A stretch of 64,000 nt of DNA from an uncultured Gammaproteobacteria bacterium (GTDB taxonomy: Bacteria > Patescibacteriota > Microgenomatia > Daviesbacterales > UBA10151). This document shows, piece after piece, positions 11,008 through 20,217 of this stretch. Location: assembly GCA_964489875.1 (NCBI GenBank), contig CAZAZW010000003.1:13585-77584 (forward strand), in the 5' to 3' direction. The first letter of the stretch is position 1. Each line of letters opens with the position of its first letter. Both the position numbers and the translations under genes were made by a program. The notes beneath the pieces are model-generated. The model was not told the origin of the DNA, searched no databases, and saw only the letters and a program-made list of their open reading frames with translations.

Positions 11008-11075
11008 ACAGGGTACAGTGAACAGGTTACAGTAATCGCTAGAAAACTGTCACCTGTAACCTAAAACCTGTAACC
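11008..11075 (-). other. Intercistronic imperfect stem-loop directly after the atpE stop, arms built of CTGTAAC-type heptamers
   Basis: acagggtacagtgaacaggttacagt ... actgtcacctgtaacctaaaacctgtaacc. The inner 12 bp pair with one mismatch. Confidence 0.6.
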
Positions 11076-11330
<255 letters not shown>

Positions 11331-11335
11331 TTAAT

Positions 11336-12058
11336 TTAGTGTTCTACTGCATGCTTTTCTGACAGTAACACCATAAACACCAGTGTTAACATCATAAAAA
11401 CAGCAGCCTGTACAAATCCTACAATAATTTCCAGAAAATAAAAAGGGAGCGGTACTATAAAGGCAAAAATTGATGAGATCGTTACCAGCACCACCTCCCC
11501 GGCAAATATATTACCAAAAAGCCGAAAGGAAAGTGAGACTATTTTAGTAAATTCTCCCACAATCTCCAAAAGACCCACAAATAAAAATATCGGGTTTAGC
11601 GTAAACCACTTTTTTAAATATTCGATAATACCTAAGTAACGAAGGGCAAAAATATGAGTTAAGGCTGCCGAGGTCAAAGCCAGAGCCAAAGTCATGTTTA
11701 AATCAGAGTTCATGGAACGAAGCAGTGGTTCCTTATGATAAGTGATGGTGGCAAAGCCCGGGAGTAAACCGATCCAGTTGGAAAAAAGGATAAACAAGAA
11801 AAATGTCATCACAATCGGGAAAAAGACTTTGGCTTTTTTGTCCCCAGCAAGTTCTGAAACTGTACTGTAGCCAAAATCAATTACCATCTCAAACAAACCC
11901 TGCAGTCCGGAGGGAACAAGTTGAACCTTCCTTGTTGACAAAAAACTAACGATCGTCAAGAAAATGATTACAATCCAAGAAACCAGCAGAGTATTGGTAA
12001 TGGGGAAATTTTGAAAATATCCCAAAATTTCCGGCGGCAGCACTATTCCATGTTCCAT
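11336..12058 (-). CDS. atpB: ATP synthase Fo subunit a
   Basis: Multi-TM protein with SLSFRLFGNIFAGE. The track start 12082 is TTG and lies 2 nt from the predicted -10 box, so ATG 12058 (MEHGIVLPPE) is preferred. Confidence 0.85.
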   Translation of the reverse strand: MEHGIVLPPEILGYFQNFPITNTLLVSWIVIIFLTIVSFLSTRKVQLVPSGLQGLFEMVIDFGYSTVSELAGDKKAKVFFPIVMTFFLFILFSNWIGLLPGFATITYHKEPLLRSMNSDLNMTLALALTSAALTHIFALRYLGIIEYLKKWFTLNPIFLFVGLLEIVGEFTKIVSLSFRLFGNIFAGEVVLVTISSIFAFIVPLPFYFLEIIVGFVQAAVFMMLTLVFMVLLSEKHAVEH

Positions 12059-12084
12059 ATAAATATTGTGCTTGAATGCCAAGT

Positions 12085-12113
12085 ATTTTACAAGAAGCTA
12101 ATAATATGGTCAA
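12085..12113 (-). promoter_or_regulatory. Sigma70-type promoter of the atp operon: TTGACC-17 nt-TAAAAT
   Basis: Minus strand reads TTGACCatattattagcttcttgTAAAAT. Confidence 0.55.
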
Positions 12114-12206
12114 CGCCCATTCCTGATCTAATCCAGCTTTTCCCGCTGGGACCGAAGAAAAGAAAACCATTGTTCAAAAAAGGCAAAAATTCCTTTAAAT
12201 GGAGTT

Positions 12207-13691
12207 TCAATTATCAAATATCAGCAGGAAAATGTTTAATTGGCTGATTGTCAAAGTTAGCCTTCTGCCGATTTGAATCAGTGGCATAAAGAAAAAGTCA
12301 AACAGAAGATATCCTATATTCTCTTTTTTCTCCCTAAAAATAAACATATGGGCAGTCCGGTTAATCCTGTAACTAACGAATGAAACAATTGCCAAGAAAA
12401 AGATAAACACACCCTGGGAAAACGGATTTACATTCAGCTTAGTCAGAATAAATACCACTGCTCCAAAGCTTAAAGCAGCAGTTGCTATCCAAAGTATGGC
12501 AAATACAACCCAAAGCAACGGATCAATCTTATTGGGTTTTTTCTTAACCAAAAGAGGGGTACTAAGCACAGGTGGATCATCATACAAAATAGTATTTATT
12601 TTGCGTAAAATCCGGTATGAGTTTTCTCTATTAGGGGATTCAATCAAAAACCCCACTATAATCATCAGGATAGGCGGAGTTAGAACATTTATAGCAATAG
12701 AGGACCAGTATGTCTTTCCATAAAGCAGCCTTTCAAATGTTCCTTCGATAAACAGAGCAAAGACAGCTTTTGTCACAAAAATAAAGATCACGGATCTCAC
12801 AATCGCCCTTCTGACTTTTCCGGCAATAGATTTATAGCGGGCGTTGCATGCGGCCAGCACCTCTGAACTTAAGTATTCCTCATTTGAAACTGTAGCCAGA
12901 GCCTTTCCTCTGTGCTTGCGTAAAACATCATCTAGTATTAGAAAGGGGATTGTTTGATTTTTTACATATGAATGAATCTTATCTTTGGCCGGATACTTAA
13001 ACTGCTCTTCTATCTGTTTGAGAGCCTGTGGAAAATGGTTGGCAATTTTTTCCAGATTCTCTGCATCTAAACTTCCAAAATATTGGATAAATAAATGGTA
13101 GCGCAGAAACGCCAAATCCTCATTGGCATAGGCGCGCCTTACAGCGATAAAAACCTGGAGATCCTTTACCTCTTCGCTGTCATCAGTAATAGTTACGGCA
13201 TCCCTAAAGATCCTGAACATGAAATTACTCATCACATCTTTCGGATCATGAGGTTTCAAAACATGCTCTATCTCGGAAGACAGAAGGTGCAGAATCCACT
13301 CATTAACCACTCCTTTATTGATACGGTGATCCCGGTTAATTTTATCCTCCAGCTTCAAATATAAATCTATAGTTTCTTCAACCTTGACCACTTGAGACTC
13401 CGTGATTGATGAGTCGGGAAAATAGCGGGCCCAAACCAGTTCCCTAATCAAAGGCGGGGCTATTGTTCTACCATTTCCTCCTAAAATTAACCTTCTCTTT
13501 AAGATTCGCTCAATTGTTGAACGGAGAATTACCTCATCTTCCCTATAATCCATGGCTGTACGGAATTTTTCATACCAGGTGGCTATTTCTGCAACCAAAG
13601 GATTTACGGAAATAGTCCGGTCATGATTTGGGGCAAAAGTTCTATCATATGCTGCTACTAAACCTAACGATAATTTATTTAATGTCGCCAT
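12207..13691 (-). CDS. Hypothetical membrane protein (soluble N-terminal ~300 aa, about 5 C-terminal TM helices)
   Basis: 494-aa ORF with hydrophobic segments from about residue 300. No family recognised. Confidence 0.65.
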   Translation of the reverse strand: MATLNKLSLGLVAAYDRTFAPNHDRTISVNPLVAEIATWYEKFRTAMDYREDEVILRSTIERILKRRLILGGNGRTIAPPLIRELVWARYFPDSSITESQVVKVEETIDLYLKLEDKINRDHRINKGVVNEWILHLLSSEIEHVLKPHDPKDVMSNFMFRIFRDAVTITDDSEEVKDLQVFIAVRRAYANEDLAFLRYHLFIQYFGSLDAENLEKIANHFPQALKQIEEQFKYPAKDKIHSYVKNQTIPFLILDDVLRKHRGKALATVSNEEYLSSEVLAACNARYKSIAGKVRRAIVRSVIFIFVTKAVFALFIEGTFERLLYGKTYWSSIAINVLTPPILMIIVGFLIESPNRENSYRILRKINTILYDDPPVLSTPLLVKKKPNKIDPLLWVVFAILWIATAALSFGAVVFILTKLNVNPFSQGVFIFFLAIVSFVSYRINRTAHMFIFREKKENIGYLLFDFFFMPLIQIGRRLTLTISQLNIFLLIFDN

Positions 13692-13698
13692 TTATAGT

Positions 13699-13704
13699 AT
13701 TATA
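13699..13704 (-). promoter_or_regulatory. -10 box TATAAT placed 7 nt upstream of the ATG of 12207..13691
   Basis: Minus strand reads gatacTATAATactataaATG, within a 34-nt divergent gap. Confidence 0.45.
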
Positions 13705-13725
13705 GTATCATATTAAGATCACTCT

Positions 13726-14832
13726 ATGACAACTGAGGAAAAATTTAATTTAATCACCAGAAATTTAGAGGAAACTCTGACTGAAGAAGAACTAAAAACT
13801 CTTATAGAATCAGGCCAACCTCTTCGCCACTATATTGGCCTTGAAATCTCCGGGAAAGTGCACCTCGGCACTGGTTTTGCTGTCATGTTAAAAATCAAAG
13901 ACCTACAGAAAGCCGGAGTTAAAACCACAATCCTTTTAGCAGATTGGCATACTTGGTTAAATAGGAAGCTCGATGGAACACTGGAAACAGCTACCAAAAT
14001 GGCACGAGAATATTTTGAAGAAGGAATGAAAGCTGCGGCAATTTGTATAGGGGCTGACCCGGACAAAATTGAATTTGTTTTAGGTAGTGAACTATATGAA
14101 AAGTTAGGCTCCAACTTTTGGGCTACGGTTATTAAGGTTTCCAAAGCCACTACGCTGGCCAGGATGCTTCGCTCTACTACCATCATGGGACGCAAGGAAA
14201 GCGAAATTTCCGATGCCGCCATGTTGATTTATCCTGCGCTGCAGTCTGCTGATATTTTCGCGATGGGAATTAATATTGCCCACGCCGGAACGGATCAGAG
14301 AAATGTCCATGTGGTAGCAAGAGAAGCTGCAAAAGAGTTAAACCAACCCAAACCAGTCGCAATTCACCATCGCTTGCTACAAGGCCTGATGCAACCGGTT
14401 TTCACCACTGATGAAAATGGAAAACAGGTTCTGGACTTAGAAGCGGCGAAAATGAGTAAATCTAAGCCTGACAGTGCAGTATTTATTCATGATGACCCAG
14501 ATGAAATTAAAAGAAAAGTTAATAATGCCTATGCCCCGGAAGGAGTAATAGAATTTAACCCCATTTTGGATTGGGTTAAGCATTTGATTTTTTATGAACA
14601 AGGCTCAAACTTAAATATTAAACGTGATCCGAAGTGGGGAGGGGATTTGAGTTATACAAATTATGAAGATCTGGAAAAAGATTATGCCGAGAAAAAGTTG
14701 CATCCGATGGATCTGAAAATAGCCGTAGCAGAATGGCTTATTCAAAAATTAGAACCTGCCCGAAAATATTTTGAGGAACCAAAAAGAAAAGTAGCCTTAG
14801 AAGAAATTGAAAAACTAACTCAGAGAAGTTAA
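13726..14832 (+). CDS. tyrS: Tyrosyl-tRNA synthetase, archaeal/eukaryotic type
   Basis: By recall, collinear resemblance to M. jannaschii-type TyrRS. IGLEISGKVHLGTG (HIGH region), KMSKSKP, and HPMDLKIAVAEWLIQKLEPARKYF. Confidence 0.85.
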   Translation: MTTEEKFNLITRNLEETLTEEELKTLIESGQPLRHYIGLEISGKVHLGTGFAVMLKIKDLQKAGVKTTILLADWHTWLNRKLDGTLETATKMAREYFEEGMKAAAICIGADPDKIEFVLGSELYEKLGSNFWATVIKVSKATTLARMLRSTTIMGRKESEISDAAMLIYPALQSADIFAMGINIAHAGTDQRNVHVVAREAAKELNQPKPVAIHHRLLQGLMQPVFTTDENGKQVLDLEAAKMSKSKPDSAVFIHDDPDEIKRKVNNAYAPEGVIEFNPILDWVKHLIFYEQGSNLNIKRDPKWGGDLSYTNYEDLEKDYAEKKLHPMDLKIAVAEWLIQKLEPARKYFEEPKRKVALEEIEKLTQRS

Positions 14833-15021
14833 GCCTTTAGCACCAGCTCCGATCTGACCTCCTGCCCAAAGACCTGCACCAATCACTAGAGATAACCCAG
14901 CCAGCGTCCAAACCAATTTGGTCAAAAACTTTTTACGGCCTTTTCCTAAACCAATAAATGGCCCCCACTTCTCATCTTCAGTAGATAGGACAGCACCCTT
15001 TGTTTCGACCCCTGGTTTCAT
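14815..15021 (-). CDS. Possible small membrane protein
   Basis: 68-aa ORF with one Gly/Ala-rich TM. It overlaps the tyrS end by 18 nt and has no homology support. Confidence 0.3.
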   Translation of the reverse strand: MKPGVETKGAVLSTEDEKWGPFIGLGKGRKKFLTKLVWTLAGLSLVIGAGLWAGGQIGAGAKGLTSLS

Positions 15022-15182
15022 AGGCAGATACTCATAAAATTATACACTTTTCTTTTTTCTTTGCAAGCGATACAATAATTAGATATGTACTCAAAAAAGT
15101 TCAGGATTTTCTGGATAATTTTATCGGTGGTGGCAGGAATAGCTATTGTCCTTTTTTCCCTTTTGCCCCTTTTAACATCCCT

Positions 15183-15509
15183 TTAATTAATCACCTGAGG
15201 ATTATTCTTTAGCGTTTCGACTTCTTGCCTTAACCTTTTTTCCAACTCCTCTGCCAACGAGGGAATGTCTACAGAAATTTCTGCTATTTTTTGAGGCATT
15301 TCCGGACTATCCATTGGAATACCTTTAATAGAACTCAGCTGTTCATCTGTCATCATATCTACAGTAACATCAAAAATAACATTATTAAGATGGTCCTGCA
15401 CTTTAAAAGCATATTCTTTCCTTTTTTCCTCATTTAAAACACTTAAACCGGGGGCTTGTAGAACTTCTAAAACTAAACTGTTTATATAAGCTTGTAATTT
15501 TTGATCCAT
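15183..15509 (-). CDS. Hypothetical acidic protein
   Basis: 108-aa ORF lying 6 nt downstream of the 672-aa gene on the same strand. Confidence 0.55.
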   Translation of the reverse strand: MDQKLQAYINSLVLEVLQAPGLSVLNEEKRKEYAFKVQDHLNNVIFDVTVDMMTDEQLSSIKGIPMDSPEMPQKIAEISVDIPSLAEELEKRLRQEVETLKNNPQVIN

Positions 15510-15515
15510 AATTTC

Positions 15516-17531
15516 TTAAGCTACCTTATCTAATACAACTCTTGCTTGTTGCTCAGCTATTAATCTAAGTTTAGAACCGGCCGGAATCCAATGCAGAGCC
15601 TGGCGAAGCCTTCTGAGGGCCGATTCATCCCCATCTTCTACTGCTCTCCTGACTAAATCGTCAATTTCTGACATACTGACCGGGAAATGGGTATTAGGCA
15701 ACAGATCAGGATTCGTTTTAGCCATCTCAGCCCACATCTCCGTCAATGTTTCATAATTGGCGGCAATATTGGCTCCCATTACCGGAGCATCCTGAGCATT
15801 CCAACCTAAATGCAAAAGCTCTCCGGCTGTCGCGCCTTTCTCAATAGTTACTTCACGGAACAAATCAGGGTTATGATCCAAAGCTTCGCTGACTTTCTCA
15901 GCCAGAGCATGTTCCACCTCCGGTTGTTCTGTAATAGCATTCTGGCCAACTTCAGCCGCTCTGATATCAACAGCTGGCTCTGCAGCAGGCGAGGGAGTTG
16001 CCTCTGCAGGAGCTGCCGCAACCGCTTGCGCGCCTTTCGCCTGGTTTAAATACTCATTAACTGAGTGAATATCTAGACTTTTTCCGGCGGCAACTTTAGT
16101 TGGATCAGTAATATCGTTATCAGTCATCACCTGATGAACTACTTTATTTAAGTCTGCGAGTTCCGAATCATTTAATGGCCTGTCACCTAGGTTTTGTTCC
16201 AGGTAATTTTTAACTTCAGTCCATACGTTTGATCCCTTGGGCAAAGTAATTGTCTCGCTAACATGGGAAACTACAGCAGGAGCTGTTTCTGTAAGTACGG
16301 GAGCAGAAGCTGCTGGTTGTGCTGCCGGGGGAGTAGCTGGTTGTGTATCAGCGGAAACGGTGGGCTCAGTATCCGGAAGCGTTGGCGGCTGTTGATCAGC
16401 AGAAGCAGGTTCAGTAGCACCTGTCGACTCGGCACCAGAAGTTTCTGCTCCTTCTGCAGCAGCAGGGGTAGTTGCTGTTGCCGGAGCAGTAGTGGGTTCA
16501 ACTTTAGGGGCAACACTGGCTGACGGCTCAGTAGTAGGGGAAGCCACACCTCCTGGCATAGCAGGGACAACTGCCTGCGCTTTCGCCGGTTGGGGAGTCT
16601 GTTCGGAAGCAACAGGAGCTGAAGTACCGGAAGGACCAGCACTAAAAGCTTCAGCTATATGTTTTGCAATCTCACTGCCTATTGCTCCGCCTACAAATCC
16701 AAAAACCGCTCCTTTTTTTGCAGCCTGCCTAATTTTTTCCTTATCGGCAGCCTTTAATTTCCGGAAGCCATTCTTTATCCCGGCAACAATAAAAGCTTTT
16801 TCTCCCGGAGCAAGCTGATCTGCCTGCCTAAAAAACACTTCCTTAGCTGCTGCGGCGGCGGCACCTCCCACAGCCCCGGAAACTGCTGCTATAGCTATAC
16901 CTGGACCGATAGTGACACCAGAACCGGCAAGCAAACTGGTTACAGCCAGGCGGGTTGCCCACCTGGTCACACTTCCAAATCCCGCACCAGCCAGCATTTC
17001 CGCTTTATGGCTGCGGGCATAATCCCAAATTTCTCTCTTGTGGGTTAGAGTATAACGAATAGCATTTAGAATCTGTCGATCCAACCCAATATCAGATAAC
17101 CTTCGACCAAAGATCTTTAAAGTCCTAATCGTTGAATGTGCTGTATGAGCAAAAATAGTTTCTCTTGCCTGATTTATTACCTGTTGTTCGGCCGGCTGAG
17201 ATGAATACCTGGCCAGCTCTGCTTCTACTGCTGCTGCCTGCCCTTGATCGCTTGGAACATCCACATCAGCTCCGGCAGCCCTTTGAAACAAATCGTCGGC
17301 TTGCTGTTCTGGAGATCTGCTTGCCGGACCAGCCTCAGAAAAGTTGCTGGCAAAAAAGGAATCGGCATCTTGAACAACTCTGTCTTGATCAGTCAAACGA
17401 TTATCTATTTGTTCCGCTCTTCCGCTTGTTGAACCGGGGTTGCCAAAGTTGTTTGCAAAGAAAGCATCAGCGTCTTGAGTCACACTCCTTTGTTCGGGAA
17501 CCGGGGCACCTGACGGTGTTTCTCCACTCAT
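15516..17531 (-). CDS. Large orphan membrane-anchored protein (QDAD-FF repeats, glycine-zipper TM region, Pro/Thr/Ala spacer)
   Basis: The track start is GTG 17534, with ATG at 17531. A GGAGG SD lies 8 nt upstream, preceded by TATTAT. Confidence 0.7.
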   Translation of the reverse strand: MSGETPSGAPVPEQRSVTQDADAFFANNFGNPGSTSGRAEQIDNRLTDQDRVVQDADSFFASNFSEAGPASRSPEQQADDLFQRAAGADVDVPSDQGQAAAVEAELARYSSQPAEQQVINQARETIFAHTAHSTIRTLKIFGRRLSDIGLDRQILNAIRYTLTHKREIWDYARSHKAEMLAGAGFGSVTRWATRLAVTSLLAGSGVTIGPGIAIAAVSGAVGGAAAAAAKEVFFRQADQLAPGEKAFIVAGIKNGFRKLKAADKEKIRQAAKKGAVFGFVGGAIGSEIAKHIAEAFSAGPSGTSAPVASEQTPQPAKAQAVVPAMPGGVASPTTEPSASVAPKVEPTTAPATATTPAAAEGAETSGAESTGATEPASADQQPPTLPDTEPTVSADTQPATPPAAQPAASAPVLTETAPAVVSHVSETITLPKGSNVWTEVKNYLEQNLGDRPLNDSELADLNKVVHQVMTDNDITDPTKVAAGKSLDIHSVNEYLNQAKGAQAVAAAPAEATPSPAAEPAVDIRAAEVGQNAITEQPEVEHALAEKVSEALDHNPDLFREVTIEKGATAGELLHLGWNAQDAPVMGANIAANYETLTEMWAEMAKTNPDLLPNTHFPVSMSEIDDLVRRAVEDGDESALRRLRQALHWIPAGSKLRLIAEQQARVVLDKVA

Positions 17532-17640
17532 CACAAAATCCTCCTACTCCCATAATACCGCAGAAACACCTGCCCTTGTCAAACTAAAACCTTAAAAAAC
17601 TATTTGCAATCAGCCCCAAGCAGTAGGATAATTAAGAAAT

Positions 17641-20214
17641 ATGCCAACACCAGAAAATTCGATTCAACCATCAGCAAGCCAGGGGCCGGAAGCTCAAGGC
17701 GTTGAAGCAGCACCTAGAAATCCGGGGGAAGTCTGGAATCAATTAAAACAGGATCAAGCATCGGGAAATATCCCCGGGGTCCTTCAAGGAGTTCGCACCC
17801 TTGACCAAACTCTTTTCCCAGCTCCCACCCCGGAAGATCCTCGCCGGCGAATCCCGCTTACTGAAACTCCGCAAGTGGAAAGCTATCTCAAAACTGCAGT
17901 TGCTCCCACCCGTGCTGTTAGAGAAACTCTAAGACAGCAGTTTGAGAATGCATACAACAGTGATGACCCGGTGTCACAAGCGGCACAAGAAGATTGTCAG
18001 CGTTTGCTAAAAGTCCTAGGCATAGATCCATTCGAACTGCTGGATTTGCAGATAGAGGAAAACCAAGCAACCGAAGGAACACAGCCAGCCACAGCTGCAG
18101 CAACAGCAACCGATCTTCCGGCTCAACCTGTTAAAAAAAGAAGGTCCTTATTCCATCCTTTCGGGGGAGGACACAAAACCCCTACCGGCCAACCAGACCG
18201 TGAAGTAAATACAACCCCAGCTCAACCCGCACCAGAACGGGGGACTATAAAAGAAACTGAAACAGAAGTAGAAATCGGGATGGAGGATTTACTTAAGGCA
18301 GATGCCAACTTGTATGCCAATAAAAATAATCTGCTTAGTCCGGCGGCATTAAGGGACTTGCAAAGCGCCTGGAACAAGCTCCAGCAGGAACATCCCGACC
18401 AAATCACCGGTTACATCCAAAACAATCATCCGCTGGTTTTACAAAACACCATCCTGAAACAGTCTAAAGGAGAAATCTCCAAGCTGGTCCGCAAAACCAG
18501 ACAAGATCTGACCCAAGAGGAAATAGAACCATCCCTGATAGACGACCCGTTAGCTATTTTAAGAGTCGATTATGAACTTATGCATCAAACAAGCGGTGGC
18601 GCTAGAGACGTTCTGAGGAATACTGCCGCAAAGTTAGACACATTACTCGTGCAACAAGAATTAGGGGTAAATCCGTTTCTGGCTTTAGAAACTGGAGAAA
18701 AAATGTTGAAAACTGGCGGTCCCTACGCTGGTCAACTTTCCACCGAAACCACCAAAGAGCTTCTCAAGGCGATGCAGGCTATAAGCCGGGAACAAGTCGA
18801 AACTCATTTAGCCCAACATCCAAAAGATATCCTCAAATTTACTCCCGCCAATCTTAGCTACCTAAATCCGGATGCACGGAAAGCTTTAGTGCAAATAGCC
18901 AGGAAGTTAAGATTTAAATTCGCCGAAGGACCAACTACCACAACAGCACTAGGAGCAGCAGAAACACCTACAGCAGCTGCTCAAACGGAAGCGGGAAACA
19001 TACAAATAGAAGCAGTCTCTGGAACTCTGACTGATGCTCAAATTCATCAAAAGTTAGCTGATATCACTGCCAAAGCCCATGATCAAATTGGAAAAGGCCA
19101 AAACGTTGATGTAGTTAAAAACTCAGTCATAGAAGATCTAAAAACCGGCCTTAATCTAAGCGACGAAGCTCAGATTGCCAGTCTGGCTAAGCTAACCATG
19201 TGGCGGGCCGAACTTAAAACACCAGCACAAGGTCAGGAGAAGTGGGTCGTTCTTAGTATACCTCCTGGAGTAGCTCTGGAGGAGCACACGGGAGACCGTA
19301 CTGATTACCACCGCAAACGGGCCCGAATTATACAGGTGCATGCTAATTTGATCACTGTGTGGAGCCCTGACACCAAAAAAACCTTTCAGGTGCAATACTC
19401 GGAAGTTTTCGAGGATGGAACCGTTATTCAAACAGAAGCTCCTAAGCCATCTTCTGAAGAATCAGAAGTTGCTGGTGAAGCTACCCCTGCCAACTCAAGA
19501 CTGGCACAGCTATTGGAAGAGAGGAAATCTATAGAAAATCTTTCTATTTCAGATGAAGCAAAAAGAATACCACTGGCTGAGATTGAAGAAAAAATTAGGC
19601 AAGAAGAAGCTGCTCAAGCGGAAGATTCTACTAACGTAAGTCAATTATACTTCCGGACATTAAGAGGAATTTTAGACAGTTCTAACCTTACAGATGCCCA
19701 AAAGGTCGAAATGGTAGGTAAGGTTCAAGCAGCAGTTGCGCAAACAAATGCTATTATTGCAGAAAGCCAAGCCCGGCTTCAGGGTCAACAAGGTGGAGAA
19801 ACAAATCCCCAACCAGCCGGTGCAACAACAGAGAGTGCAACTATTGTTGACAAAACAAAAGTGCCGGAGATTGTTTCAGAATCTAATTTTGGTAAAACAG
19901 TAAAGGCCACCCTTCCTTCCGGCAAGCCAGGGGAAACAGCAGTTTATCAAGGCACTATTAAAGGAATAGAAACACGTTTTGGCGAACCACAGTATGTAAT
20001 CCAACTGGATAACAACACCCTACGTACTGCAAGACCTGAGAATATGGAATTCCTTGAGCAACGAGCTGAAGAAAGAACCCTGACACCTGAACGCCAGACC
20101 TTGGAAAATGGAGCGTTACAACAAGGTCAGGCTCTTGCCGGAGAAACCGGCGCTCCTCTTACCGAAGAAGACTTACAAAAATTTAGACAATCACAAGAGG
20201 GAAAACAGGGATGA
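17641..20214 (+). CDS. Large orphan protein (857 aa)
   Basis: Long uninterrupted ORF, divergent from 15516..17531. No recognisable domain. Confidence 0.7.
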   Translation: MPTPENSIQPSASQGPEAQGVEAAPRNPGEVWNQLKQDQASGNIPGVLQGVRTLDQTLFPAPTPEDPRRRIPLTETPQVESYLKTAVAPTRAVRETLRQQFENAYNSDDPVSQAAQEDCQRLLKVLGIDPFELLDLQIEENQATEGTQPATAAATATDLPAQPVKKRRSLFHPFGGGHKTPTGQPDREVNTTPAQPAPERGTIKETETEVEIGMEDLLKADANLYANKNNLLSPAALRDLQSAWNKLQQEHPDQITGYIQNNHPLVLQNTILKQSKGEISKLVRKTRQDLTQEEIEPSLIDDPLAILRVDYELMHQTSGGARDVLRNTAAKLDTLLVQQELGVNPFLALETGEKMLKTGGPYAGQLSTETTKELLKAMQAISREQVETHLAQHPKDILKFTPANLSYLNPDARKALVQIARKLRFKFAEGPTTTTALGAAETPTAAAQTEAGNIQIEAVSGTLTDAQIHQKLADITAKAHDQIGKGQNVDVVKNSVIEDLKTGLNLSDEAQIASLAKLTMWRAELKTPAQGQEKWVVLSIPPGVALEEHTGDRTDYHRKRARIIQVHANLITVWSPDTKKTFQVQYSEVFEDGTVIQTEAPKPSSEESEVAGEATPANSRLAQLLEERKSIENLSISDEAKRIPLAEIEEKIRQEEAAQAEDSTNVSQLYFRTLRGILDSSNLTDAQKVEMVGKVQAAVAQTNAIIAESQARLQGQQGGETNPQPAGATTESATIVDKTKVPEIVSESNFGKTVKATLPSGKPGETAVYQGTIKGIETRFGEPQYVIQLDNNTLRTARPENMEFLEQRAEERTLTPERQTLENGALQQGQALAGETGAPLTEEDLQKFRQSQEGKQG

Positions 20215-20217
20215 TTT

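Noticed and set aside
12059-12082. TTG start of atpB at 12082. Similarly the GTG/TTG track starts at 2560, 17534, 32425, 37624 and 41342, and the internal GTG at 63985
   Set aside because: 12082 lies 2 nt from the predicted -10 box. In each of these cases a nearby ATG gives a better-supported start, and at 63985 the frame simply continues upstream.
15085-15186. 33-aa hydrophobic mini-ORF (MYSKKFRIFWIILSVVAGIAIVLFSLLPLLTSL) in the 15022..15182 gap
   Set aside because: It is plausible as a small membrane protein but falls below any threshold I can support without conservation or expression data. It also overlaps the convergent stop of 15183..15509.
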